The position numbers and the translations under genes are program-made. Shown here piece after piece: positions 36,650 through 49,700 of a stretch of 64,000 nucleotides of DNA. Each line of letters begins with the position of its first letter. Position 1 is the first letter of the stretch. This DNA is from Eledone cirrhosa (lineage: Eukaryota): NCBI GenBank assembly GCA_964016885.1, contig OZ024742.1, positions 30,504,001 to 30,568,000 on the forward strand, in the 5' to 3' direction. The notes beneath the pieces are model-generated. The model was not told the origin of the DNA. It ran no database searches and was given only the letters and a program-made list of their open reading frames with translations.

Positions 36650-36815
36650 TTCATTTCAGCCACAGTTGAACATTCCTGACAAAGTCTCTCCACAGTTCAA
36701 GATTTTCTATTGTTCCTGGCAACTGCTCCCTTCCTAGGTTTGTATCATCTGAGAGTTGATCAATGAAGGTTTGAGCAGGTCTTCCTCTACTGCATCTCCT
36801 GTGAGTTGGTTCCCG
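36650..36815 (-). mobile_element. 3' end of a second RTE-like LINE family (related pieces at ~25140-25370 and ~37210-37505)
   Basis: EPTHRRCSRGRPAQTFIDQLSDDT...LWRDFV C-terminal pattern repeated at several loci. Confidence 0.65.
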
Positions 36816-36939
36816 TAATATCATATATATATATATATATAACTTTGATATGTTTCGGCCAGTATTGGCCCAGGTCATTTCTAACTTAATAGCACCACCT
36901 GGTGAAGTTTTTCAAATCAGGATTTTGACACCATGGCCC

Positions 36940-37200
36940 ATCATCATCATCATCATCATATTCGTTTAACGTCCACTTTCCACGCTAGCATGGGTTAGAC
37001 GGGAGTTGCCCCACTTGAGGCAAGGTTGGTCGGGTGACCGTGTCTCGCTCATATAGGACTATCTGGCAGGTTTTCTATGGCTGGATGCCCTTCCTAACAC
37101 CAACCACATTTACAGTGTGGAACTGGGAACTTTTTACTGTGTTACCTACACGGCCACATTACAGCGTGGACTGTTTTTTTCTCGTGACACCTACACGATG
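36940..37200 (-). mobile_element. RTE 3' UTR fragment
   Basis: (cat)n then cgtttaacgtccactttccacgctagcatggg. Confidence 0.85.
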
Positions 37201-37786
37201 TCATATATATGACAAAGTCTCTACACACTTCATAATTTTTCATTGCTTCTGACAACAGCTCCCTACTGAGGTTTGTATCATCTGAGTTAGTTACCACAAT
37301 AGATAGATAGATAAAATAGATATATCATCATCATCATTTCAATTGCAATCACAGTCAAACATTCCTAACAAAGTCATTCCAAAATTCACAATTTTCTATT
37401 GTTCCTAAATTCTGCTCCTTGCTGATGTTGGTATCATCTGAGAGATGATTGATGAAGGTTCAAGAAGGTTTTCCTCTACTGAGCCTCCTGTGAGTTGGTT
37501 CCCACAAGAGTAGCCTGTGTAGGGTAAATAAGACTTACTCAAGATTCTACACAGTGGGTTGAACCCTTGAACCCTGGATCTACTGATTGTGAAGCAAACT
37601 TCTTAACCATTCAGCCACACATTGTCCATAGCCAGATATTTACAGATATCAAGTTCATAAGATCTACGAGAATAAATACTGCAAAATATATTTAAGGATA
37701 CCATGTGTACCCCAGTTTTTAGAATCCATCCATCTATGGACCCTTAACTCTTGATGAAATCATAGAGGTGTCAACCCTCCCCCTCC

Positions 37787-40700
37787 TGGAGCTGTAGTGG
37801 CACACTGTGTGTATTGGGTGTCTTACACCTGGTGGAGATGTAGTGGCACACTGTGTGTATTGGTGTCTTAAACCTGGTGGTGCTGTAGTGGCACAATGTG
37901 TGTATTGGGTGTCTTAAACCTGGTGGAGATGTAGTGGCACACTGTGTGTATTGGGTGTCTTAAACCTGGTGGAGATGTAGTGGCACACTGTGTGTATTGG
38001 TGTCTTAAACCTGGTGGTGCTGTAGTGGCACAATGTGTGTATTGGTGTCTTAAACCTGGTGGAGATGTAGTGGCACACTGTGTGTATTGGGTGTCTTACA
38101 CCTGGTGGGGATGTAGTGGCACACTGTGTGTTTTGGGTGTCTTAAACCTGGTGGAGATGTAGTGGCACACTGTGTGTATTGGGTGTCTTACACCTGGTGG
38201 AGATGTAGTGGCACACTGTGTGTTTTGGGTGTCTTAAACCTGGTGGAGATGTAGTGGCACACTGTGTGTTTTGGGTGTCTTAAACCTGGTGGAGCTGTAG
38301 TGGCACAATGTGTGTATTGGTGTCTTAAACCTGGTGGTGATGTAGTGGCACAATGTGTGTATTGGTGTCTTAAACCTGGTGGAGATGTAGTGGCACACTG
38401 TGTGTATTGGGTGTCTTACACCTGGTGGAGATGTAGTGGCACACTGTGTGTTTTGGGTGTCTTAAACCTGGTGGAGATGTAGTGGCACACTGTGTGTATT
38501 GGGTGTCTTACACCTGGTGGAGCTGTAGTGGCACACTGTGTGTATTGGGTGTCTTAAACCTGGTGGAGATGTAGTGGCACACTGTGTGTATTGGTGTCTT
38601 AAACCTGGTGGTGCTGTAGTGGCACAATGTGTGTATTGGGTGTCTTAAACCTGGTGGTGATGTAGTGGCACAATGTGTGTATTGGTGTCTTAAACCTGGT
38701 GGTGATGTAGTGGCACAATGTGTGTATTGGTGTCTTAAACCTGGTGGTGATGTAGTGGCACACTGTGTGTATTGGGTGTCTTAAACCTGGTGGAGATGTA
38801 GTGGCACACTGTGTGTATTGGGTGTCTTAAACCTGGTGGAGATGTAGTGGCACAATGTGTGTATTGGTGTCTTAAACCTGGTGGAGCTGTAGTGGCACAC
38901 TGTGTGTTTTGGTGTCTTAAACCTGGTGGAGATGTAGTGGCACAATGTGTGTATTGGTGTCTTAAACCTGGTGGTGATGTAGTGGCACACTGTGTGTTTT
39001 GGGTGTCTTAAACCTGGTGGAGATGTAGTGACACACTGTGTGTATTGGTGTCTTAAACCTGGTGGAGATGTAGTGGCACACTGTGTGTTTTGGTGTCTTA
39101 AACCTGGTGGAGATGTAGTGGCACACTGTGTGTATTGGTGTCTTAAACCTGGTGGAGATGTAGTGGCACACTGTGTGTATTGGTGTCTTAAACCTGGTGG
39201 AGATGTAGTGGCACACTGTGTGTATTGGTGTCTTAAACCTGGTGGAGATGTAGTGGCACACTGTGTGTATTGGTGTCTTAAACCTGGTGGAGATGTAGTG
39301 GCACACTGTGTGTATTGGTGTCTTAAACCTGGTGGAGATGTAGTGGCACACTGTGTGTATTGGGTGTCTTACACCTGGTGGAGCTGTAGTGGCACACTGT
39401 GTGTTTTGGGTGTCTTAAACCTGGTGGAGATGTAGTGGCACACTGTGTGTATTGGTGTCTTAAACCTGGTGGTGCTGTAGTGGCACAATGTGTGTATTGG
39501 GTGTCTTAAACCTGGTGGTGATGTAGTGGCACAATGTGTGTATTGGTGTCTTAAACCTGGTGGTGATGTAGTGGCACAATGTGTGTATTGGTGTCTTAAA
39601 CCTGGTGGAGATGTAGTGGCACAATGTGTGTATTGGTGTCTTAAACCTGGTGGTGATGTAGTGGCACACTGTGTGTATTGGGTGTCTTAAACCTGGTGGA
39701 GATGTAGTGGCACACTGTGTGTATTGGGTGTCTTAAACCTGGTGGAGATGTAGTGGCACAATGTGTGTATTGGTGTCTTAAACCTGGTGGAGCTGTAGTG
39801 GCACACTGTGTGTTTTGGTGTCTTAAACCTGGTGGAGATGTAGTGGCACAATGTGTGTATTGGTGTCTTAAACCTGGTGGTGATGTAGTGGCACACTGTG
39901 TGTTTTGGGTGTCTTAAACCTGGTGGAGATGTAGTGACACACTGTGTGTATTGGTGTCTTAAACCTGGTGGAGATGTAGTGGCACACTGTGTGTTTTGGT
40001 GTCTTAAACCTGGTGGAGATGTAGTGGCACACTGTGTGTATTGGTGTCTTAAACCTGGTGGAGATGTAGTGGCACACTGTGTGTATTGGTGTCTTAAACC
40101 TGGTGGAGATGTAGTGGCACACTGTGTGTATTGGTGTCTTAAACCTGGTGGAGATGTAGTGGCACACTGTGTGTATTGGTGTCTTAAACCTGGTGGAGAT
40201 GTAGTGGCACACTGTGTGTATTGGTGTCTTAAACCTGGTGGAGATGTAGTGGCACACTGTGTGTATTGGTGTCTTAAACCTGGTGGAGATGTAGTGGCAC
40301 ACTGTGTGTATTGGTGTCTTAAACCTGGTGGAGATGTAGTGGCACACTGTGTGTTTTGGGTGTCTTAAACCTGGTGGAGATGTAGTGGCACACTGTGTGT
40401 TTTGGGTGTCTTAAACCTGGTGGAGATGTAGTGGCACACTGTGTGTTTTGGGTGTCTTAAACCTGGTGGAGATGTAGTGGCACACTGTGTGTATTGGGTG
40501 TCTTAAACCTGGTGGAGATGTAGTGGCACACTGTGTGTATTGGGTGTCTTAAACCTGGTGGAGATGTAGTGGCACACTGTGTGTATTGGGTGTCTTAAAC
40601 CTGGTGGTGCTGTAGTGGCACACTGTGTGTATTGGTGTCTTAAACCTGGTGGAGATGTAGTGGCACACTGTGTGTATTGGGTGTCTTAAACCTGGTGGTG

Positions 40701-43700
40701 CTGTAGTGACACACTGTGTGTTTTGGGTGTCTTAAACCTGGTGGAGATGTAGTGGCACACTGTGTGTTTTGGGTGTCTTAAACCTGGTGGAGATGTAGTG
40801 GCACACTGTGTGTATTGGGTGTCTTAAACCTGGTGGAGCTGTAGTGGCACAATGTGTGTATTGGGTGTCTTAAACCTGGTGGAGATGTAGTGGCACACTG
40901 TGTGTATTGGGTGTCTTAAACCTGGTGGTGCTGTAGTGGCACACTGTGTGTATTGGTGTCTTAAACCTGGTGGAGATGTAGTGGCACACTGTGTGTATTG
41001 GGTGTCTTAAACCTGGTGGTGCTGTAGTGACACACTGTGTGTTTTGGGTGTCTTAAACCTGGTGGAGATGTAGTGGCACACTGTGTGTATTGGTGTCTTA
41101 AACCTGGTGGTGCTGTAGTGGCACACTGTGTGTATTGGGTGTCTTAAACCTGGTGGTGCTGTAGTGGCACACTGTGTGTATTGGGGGTCTTAAACCTGGT
41201 GGAGATGTAGTGGCACACTGTGTGTATTGGGTGTCTTAAACCTGGTGGTGCTGTAGTGGCACACTGTGTGTTTTGGGTGTCTTAAACCTGGTGGAGATGT
41301 AGTGGCACACTGTGTGTATTGGGTGTCTTAAACCTGGTGGTGCTGTAGTGACACACTGTGTGTTTTGGGTGTCTTAAACCTGGTGGAGATGTAGTGGCAC
41401 ACTGTGTGTATTGGTGTCTTAAACCTGGTGGTGCTGTAGTGACACACTGTGTGTATTGGGTGTCTTAAACCTGGTGGAGATGTAGTGGCACACTGTGTGT
41501 ATTGGGTGTCTTAAACCTGGTGGTGCTGTAGTGGCACACTGTGTGCATTGGGTGTCTTAAACCTGGTGGTGCTGTAGTGGCATACTGTGTGTATTGGTGT
41601 CTTAAACCTGGTGGTGCTGTAGTGGCACACTGTGTGTATTGGGTGTCTTAAACCTGGTGGAGATGTAGTGGCACACTGTGTGTATTGGGTGTCTTAAACC
41701 TGGTGGTGCTGTAGTGGCACACTGTGTGTATTGGTGTCTTAAACCTGGTGGAGATGTAGTGGCACACTGTGTGTATTGGGTGTCTTAAACCTGGTGGTGC
41801 TGTAGTGACACACTGTGTGTATTGGGTGTCTTAAACCTGGTGGTGCTGTAGTGGCACACTGTGTGTATTGGGTGTCTTAGACCTGGTGGAGCTGTAGTGG
41901 CACACTGTGTGTATTGGGTGTCTTACACCTGGTGGTGCTGTAGTGGCACACTGTGTGTATTGGGTGTCTTAAACCTGCTAGAGATGTAGTGGCACACTGT
42001 GTGTATTGGGTGTCTTAAACCTGGTAGAGATGTAGTGGCACACTGTGTGTATTGGGTGTCTTAAACCTGGTGGTGCTGTAGTGGCACACTGTGTGTATTG
42101 GGTGTCTTAAACCTGGTGGTGCTGTAGTGGCACACTGTGTGTATTGGTGTCTTAAACCTGGTGGTGCTGTAGTGGCACACTGTGTGTATTGGTGTCTTAA
42201 ACCTGGTGGTGCTGTAGTGGCACACTGTGTGTATTGGGTGTCTTAAACCTGGTGGAGATGTAGTGGCACACTGTGTGTATTGGGTGTCTTAAACCTGGTG
42301 GTGATGTAGTGGCACACTGTGTGTATTGGGTGTCTTAAACCTGGTGGAGTTGTAGTGGCACACTGTGTGTATTGGTGTCTTAAACCTGGTGGTGCTGTAG
42401 TGGCACACTGTGTGTATTGGGTGTCTTAAACCTGGTGGTGCTGTAGTGGCACACTGTGTGTATTGGTGTCTTAAACCTGGTGGTGCTGTAGTGGCACACT
42501 GTGTGTATTGGTGTCTTAAACCTGGTGGTGCTGTAGTGGCACACTGTGTGTATAGTGTGTGTTAAACCTGGTGGTGCTGTAGTGGCACACTGTGTGTATT
42601 GGTGTCTTAAACCTGGTAGAGATGTAGTGGCACACTGTGTGTATTGGGTGTCTTAAACCTGGTGGTGCTGTAGTGGCACACTGTGTGTATTGGGTGTCTT
42701 AAACCTGGTGGTGCTGTAGTGGCACACTGTGTGTATTGGTGTCTTAAACCTGGTAGAGATGTAGTGGCACACTGTGTGTATTGGGTGTCTTAAACCTGGT
42801 GGTGCTGTAGTGGCACACTGTGTGTATTGGGTGTCTTAAACCTGGTGGGGCTGTAGTGGCACACTGTGTGTATTGGTGTCTTAAACCTGGTGGTGCTGTA
42901 GTGGCACACTGTGTGTATTGGGTGTCTTAAACCTGGTGGAGCTGTAGTGGCACACTGTGTGTATTGGTGTCTTAAACCTGGTGGAGATGTAGTGGCACAC
43001 TGTGTGTATTGGGTGTCTTAAACCTGGTGGAGATGTAGTGGCACACTGTGTGTTTTGGGTGTCTTAAACCTGGTGGTGCTGTAGTGGCACACTGTGTGTA
43101 TTGGGTGTCTTAAACCTGGTGGAGGTGTAGTGGCACACTGTGTGTATTGGTGTCTTAAACCTGGTGGAGATGTAGTGACACACTGTGTGTATTGGTGTCT
43201 TAAACCTGGTGGAGCTGTAGTGGCACACTGTGTGTATTGGGTGTCTTAAACCTGGTGGAGTTGTAGTGGCACACTGTGTGTATTGGTGTCTTAAACCTGG
43301 TGGAGCTGTAGTGGCACACTGTGTGTATTGGGTGTCTTAAACCTGGTGGAGTTGTAGTGGCACACTGTGTGTATTGGGTGTCTTAAACCTGGTGGAGTTG
43401 TAGTGGCACACTGTGTGTATTGGGTGTCTTAAACCTGGTGGAGTTGTAGTGGCACACTGTGTGTATTGGTGTCTTAAACCTGGTGGAGCTGTAGTGGCAC
43501 ACTGTGTGTATTGGGTGTCTTAAACCTGGTGGTGCTGTAGTGGCACACTGTGTGTATTGGGTGTCTTAAACCTGGTGGTGCTGTAGTGACACACTGTGTG
43601 TATTGGGTGTCTTAAACCTGGTGGTGCTGTAGTGGCACACTGTGTGTATTGGGTGTCTTAAACCTGGTGGAGTTGTAGTGGCACACTGTGTGTATTGGTG

Positions 43701-46700
43701 TCTTAAACCTGGTGGAGATGTAGTAGCACACTGTGTGTATTGGGTGTCTTAAACCTGGTGGAGCTGTAGTGGCACACTGTGTGTATTGGGTGTCTTAAAC
43801 CTGGTGGAGTTGTAGTGGCACACTGTGTGTATCGGGTGTCTTAAACCTGGTGGTGCTGTAGTGGCACACTGTGTGTATTGGGTGTCTTAAACCTGGTGGT
43901 GCTGTAGTGGCACACTGTGTGTATTGGGTGTCTTAAACCTGGTGGTGCTGTAGTGGCACACTGTGTGTATTGGGTGTCTTAAACCTGGTGGTGCTGTAGT
44001 GGCACACTGTGTGTATTGGGTGTCTTAAACCTGGTAGAGATGTAGTGGTACACTGTGTGTATTGGTGTCTTACACCTGGTGGAGCTGTAGTGGCACACTG
44101 TGTGTATTGGGTGTCTTAAACCTGGTGGAGTTGTAGTGGCACACTGTGTGTATTGGGTGTCTTAAACCTGGTGGTGCTGTAGTGGCACACTGTGTGTATT
44201 GGGTGTCTTAAACCTGGTGGAGATGTAGTGGCACACTGTGTGTGTTGGGTGTCTTAAACCTGGTAGAGATGTAGTGGCACACTGTGTGTATTGGTGTCTT
44301 AAACCTGGTGGATGTAGTGGCACACTGTGTGTATTGGTGTCTTAAACCTGGTGGAGCTGTAGTGGCACACTGTGTGTTTTGGTGTCTTAAACCTGGTGGA
44401 GATGTAGTGGCACACTGTGTGTATTGGTGTCTTAAACCTGCTAGAGATGTAGTGGCACACTGTGTGTATTGGTGTCTTAAACCTGGTAGAGATGTAGTGG
44501 CACACTGTGTGTATTGGGTGTCTTAAACCTGGTGGAGTTGTAGTGGCACACTGTGTGTATTGGTGTCTTAAACCTGGTGGAGCTGTAGTGGCACACTGTG
44601 TGTATTGGGTGTCTTAAACCTGGTGGAGCTGTAGTGGCACACTGTGTGTATTGGGTGTCTTAAACCTGGTGGTGCTGTAGTGGCACACTGTGTGTATTGG
44701 GTGTCTTAAACCTGGTGGTGCTGTAGTGGCACACTGTGTGTATTGGGTGTCTTAAACCTGGTGGTGCTGTAGTGGCACACTGTGTGTATTGGGTGTCTTA
44801 AACCTGGTAGTGCTGTAGTGGCACACTGTGTGTATTGGGTGTCTTAAACCTGGTAGAGATGTAGTGGCACACTGTGTGTATTGGTGTCTTAAACCTGGTG
44901 GAGATGTAGTGGCACACTGTGTGTATTGGTGTCTTAAACCTGGTGGAGCTGTAGTGGCACACTGTGTGTATTGGGTGTCTTAAACCTGGTGGAGTTGTAG
45001 TGGAACACTGTGTGTATTGGTGTCTTAAACCTGGTGGAGCTGTAGTGGCACACTGTGTGTATTGGGTGTCTTAAACCTGGTGGAGATGTAGTGACACACT
45101 GTGTGTATTGGGTGTCTTACACCTGGTGGTGCTGTAGTGGCACACTGTGTGTATTGGGTGTCTTAAACCTGGTGGAGCTGTAGTGGCACACTGTGTGTAT
45201 TGGGTGTCTTAAACCTGCTAGAGATGTAGTGGCACACTGTGTGTATTGGTGTCTTAAACCTGGTGGAGATGTAGTGGCACACTGTGTGTATTGGTGTCTT
45301 AAACCTGGTGGAGCTGTAGTGGCACACTGTGTGTATTGGTGTCTTAAACCTGGTAGAGATGTAGTGGCACACTGTGTGTATTGGTGTCTTAAACCTGGTG
45401 GAGCTGTAGTGGCACACTGTGTGTATTGGTGTCTTAAACCTGGTGGAGCTGTAGTGGCACACTGTGTGTATTGGTGTCTTAAACCTGGTGGAGCTGTAGT
45501 GGCACACTGTGTGTATTGGTGTCTTAAACCTGGTGGAGCTGTAGTGGCACACTGTGTGTATTGGTGTCTTAAACCTGGTGGAGCTGTAGTGGCACACTGT
45601 GTGTATTGGTGTCTTAAACCTGGTGGTGCTGTAGTGGAACACTGTGTGTATTGGTGTCTTAAACCTGCTAGAGATGTAGTGGCACACTGTGTGTATTGGG
45701 TGTCTTAAACCTGGTGGTGCTGTAGTGGGACACTGTGTGTATTGGTGTCTTAAACCTGGTGGTGATGTAGTGGCACACTGTGTGTTTGGGTGTCTTAAAC
45801 CTGGTGGAGCTGTAGTGGCACACTGTGTGTATTGGTGTCTTAAACCTGCTAGAGATGTAGTGGGACACTGTGTGTATTGGTGTCTTAAACGTAGTGGTGC
45901 TGTAGTGGCACACTGTGTGTATTGGTGTCTTAAACCTGGTGGTGCTGTAGTGGCACACTGTGTGTATTGGGTGTCTTAAACCTGGTGGTGCTGTAGTGGC
46001 ACACTGTGTGTATTGGTGTCTTAAACCTGGTGGTGCTGTAGTGGCACACTGTGTGTATTGGGTGTCTTAAACCTGGTGGTGCTGTAGTGGCACACTGTGT
46101 GTATTGGGTGTCTTAAACCTGGTGGTGCTGTAGTGGCACACTGTGTGTATTGGGTGTCTTAAACCTGGTGGAGCTGTAGTGGCACACTGTGTGTATTGGG
46201 TGTCTTAAACCTGGTGGTGCTGTAGTGGCACACTGTGTGTATTGGGTGTCTTAAACCTGGTGGAGCTGTAGTGGCACACTGTGTGTATTGGGTGTCTTAA
46301 ACCTGGTGGTGCTGTAGTGGCACACTGTGTGTATTGGTGTCTTAAACCTGGTGGAGATGTAGTGGCACACTGTGTGTATTGGTGTCTTAAACCTGGTGGT
46401 GCTGTAGTGGCACACTGTGTGTATTGGGTGTCTTAAACCTGGTGGAGCTGTAGTGGCACACTGTGTGTATTGGGTGTCTTAAACCTGGTGGTGCTGTAGT
46501 GGCACACTGTGTGTATTGGTGTCTTAAACCTGGTGGTGCTGTAGTGGCACACTGTGTGTATTGGGTGTCTTAAACCTGGTGGTGCTGTAGTGGCACACTG
46601 TGTGTATTGGGTGTCTTAAACCTGGTAGAGATGTAGTGGCACACTGTGTGTATTGGGTGTCTTAAACCTGGTGGTGCTGTAGTGGCACACTGTGTGTATT

Positions 46701-49700
46701 GGGTGTCTTACACCTGGTAGAGATGTAGTGGCACACTGTGTGTATTGGGTGTCTTAAACCTGGTGGTGCTGTAGTGGCACACTGTGTGTATTGGGTGTGT
46801 TAAACCTGGTAGAGATGTAGTGGCACACTGTGTGTATTGGGTGTCTTAAACCTGGTAGAGATGTAGTGGCACACTGTGTGTATTGGGTGTCTTAAACCTG
46901 GTGGAGATGTAGTGGCACACTGTGTGTATTGGGTGTCTTAAACCTGGTCGAGATGTAGTGGCACACTGTGTGTATTGGGTGTCTTAAACCTGGTGGTGCT
47001 GTAGTGGCACACTGTGTGTATTGGGTGTCTTAAACCTGGTAGAGATGTAGTGACACACTGTGTGTATTGGGTGTCTTAAACCTGGTGGAGATGTAGTGGC
47101 ACACTGTGTGTATTGGGTGTCTTAAACCTGGTGGAGATGTAGTGGCACACTGTGTGTATTGGGTGTCTTAAACCTGGTGGTGCTGTAGTGGCACACTGTG
47201 TGTATTGGGTGTCTTAAACCTGGTGGTGCTGTAGTGGCACACTGTGTGTATTGGGTGTCTTAAACCTGGTGGAGATGTAGTGGCACACTGTGTGTATTGG
47301 TGTCTTAAACTTGGTGGAGATGTAGTGGCACACTGTGTGTATTGGGTGTCTTAAACCTGGTGGTGCTGTAGTGGCACACTGTGTGTATTGGGTGTCTTAC
47401 ACCTGGTGGTGCTGTAGTGGCACACTGTGTGTATTGGGTGTCTTAAACCTGGTGGAGATGTAGTGGCACACTGTGTGTATTGGGTGTCTTAAACCTGGTG
47501 GAGATGTAGTGGCACACTGTGTGTATTGGGTGTCTTAAACCTGGTGGTGCTGTAGTGGCACACTGTGTGTATTGGGTGTCTTAAACCTGGTGGAGATGTA
47601 GTGGCACACTGTGTATTGGGTGTCTTAAACCTGGTGGTGCTGTAGTGGCACACTGTGTGTATTGGTGTCTTAAACCTGGTGGTGCTGTAGTGGCACACTG
47701 TGTGTATTGGGTGTCTTACACCTGGTGGTGCTGTAGTGGCACACTGTGTGTATTGGGTGTCTTAAACCTGGTGGAGATGTAGTGGCACACTGTGTGTATT
47801 GGGTGTCTTAAACCTGGTGGTGCTGTAGTGGCACACTGTGTGTATTGGGTGTCTTAAACCTGGTGGTGCTGTAGTGGCACACTGTGTGTATTGGGTGTCT
47901 TAAACCTGGTGGTGCTGTAGTGGCACACTGTGTGTATTGGGTGTCTTAAACCTGGTGGAGATGTAGTGGCACACTGTGTGTATTGGTGTCTTAAACTTGG
48001 TGGAGATGTAGTGGCACACTGTGTGTATTGGTGTCTTAAACCTGGTGGAGATGTAGTGGCACACTGTGTGTATTGGTGTCTTAAACCTGGTGGAGCTGTA
48101 GTGACACACTGTGTGTATTGGGTGTCTTAAACCTGGTGGTGCTGTAGTGGCACACTGTGTGTATTGGGTGTCTTAAACCTGGTGGAGATGTAGTGGCACA
48201 CTGTGTGTATTGGGTGTCTTAAACCTGGTGGAGATGTAGTGGCACACTGTGTGTATTGGGTGTCTTAAACCTGGTGGAGTTGTAGTGGCACACTGTGTGT
48301 ATTGGGTGTCTTAAACCTGGTGGTGCTGTAGTGGCACACTGTCTGTATTGGTGTCTTAAACCTGGTGGAGATGTAGTGGCACACTGTGTGTATTGGTGTC
48401 TTAAACCTGGTGGTGCTGTAGTGGCACACTGTGTGTATTGGGTGTCTTAAACCTGGTGGAGCTGTAGTGGCACACTGTGTGTATTGGGTGTCTTAAACCT
48501 GGTGGTGCTGTAGTGGCACACTGTGTGTATTGGTGTCTTAAACCGGTGGTGCTGTAGTGGCACACTGTGTGTATTGGGTGTCTTAAACCTGGTGGTGCTG
48601 TAGTGGCACACTGTGTGTATTGGGTGTCTTAAACCTGGTAGATATGTAGTGGCACACTGTGTGTATTGGATGTCTTAAACCTGGTGGTGCTGTAGTGGCA
48701 CACTGTGTGTATTGGGTGTCTTACACCTGGTAGAGATGTAGTGGCACACTGTGTGTATTGGGTGTCTTAAACCTGGTGGTGCTGTAGTGGGACACTGTGT
48801 GTATTGGGTGTGTTAAACCTGGTAGAGATGTAGTGGCACACTGTGTGTATTGGGTGTCTTACACCTGGTGGAGATGTAGTGGCACACTGTGTGTATTGGG
48901 TGTCTTAAACCTGGTGGTGCTGTAGTGGCACACTGTGTGTATTGGGTGTCTTACACCTGGTGGAGATGTAGTGGCACACTGTGTGTATTGGGTGTCTTAA
49001 ACCTGGTGGTGCTGTAGTGGCACACTGTGTGTATTGGGTGTCTTAAACCTGGTAGAGATGTAGTGACACACTGTGTGTATTGGGTGTCTTAAACCTGGTG
49101 GAGATGTAGTGGCACACTGTGTGTATTGGGTGTCTTAAACCTGGTAGAGATGTAGTGGCACACTGTGTGTATTGGGTGTCTTAAACCTGGTCGAGATGTA
49201 GTGGCACACTGTGTGTATTGGGTGTCTTAAACCTGGTGGTGCTGTAGTGGCACACTGTGTGTATTGGGTGTCTTAAACCTGGTAGAGATGTAGTGACACA
49301 CTGTGTGTATTGGGTGTCTTAAACCTGGTGGAGATGTAGTGGCACACTGTGTGTATTGGGTGTCTTAAACCTGGTGGAGATGTAGTGGCACACTGTGTGT
49401 ATTGGGTGTCTTAAAGCTGGTGGTGCTGTAGTGGCACACTGTGTGTATTGGGTGTCTTAAACCTGGTGGTGCTGTAGTGGCACACTGTGTGTATTGGGTG
49501 TCTTAAACCTGGTGGAGATGTAGTGGCACACTGTGTGTATTGGTGTCTTAAACTTGGTGGAGATGTAGTGGCACACTGTGTGTATTGGGTGTCTTAAACC
49601 TGGTGGTGCTGTAGTGGCACACTGTGTGTATTGGGTGTCTTACACCTGGTGGTGCTGTAGTGGCACACTGTGTGTATTGGGTGTCTTAAACCTGGTGGTG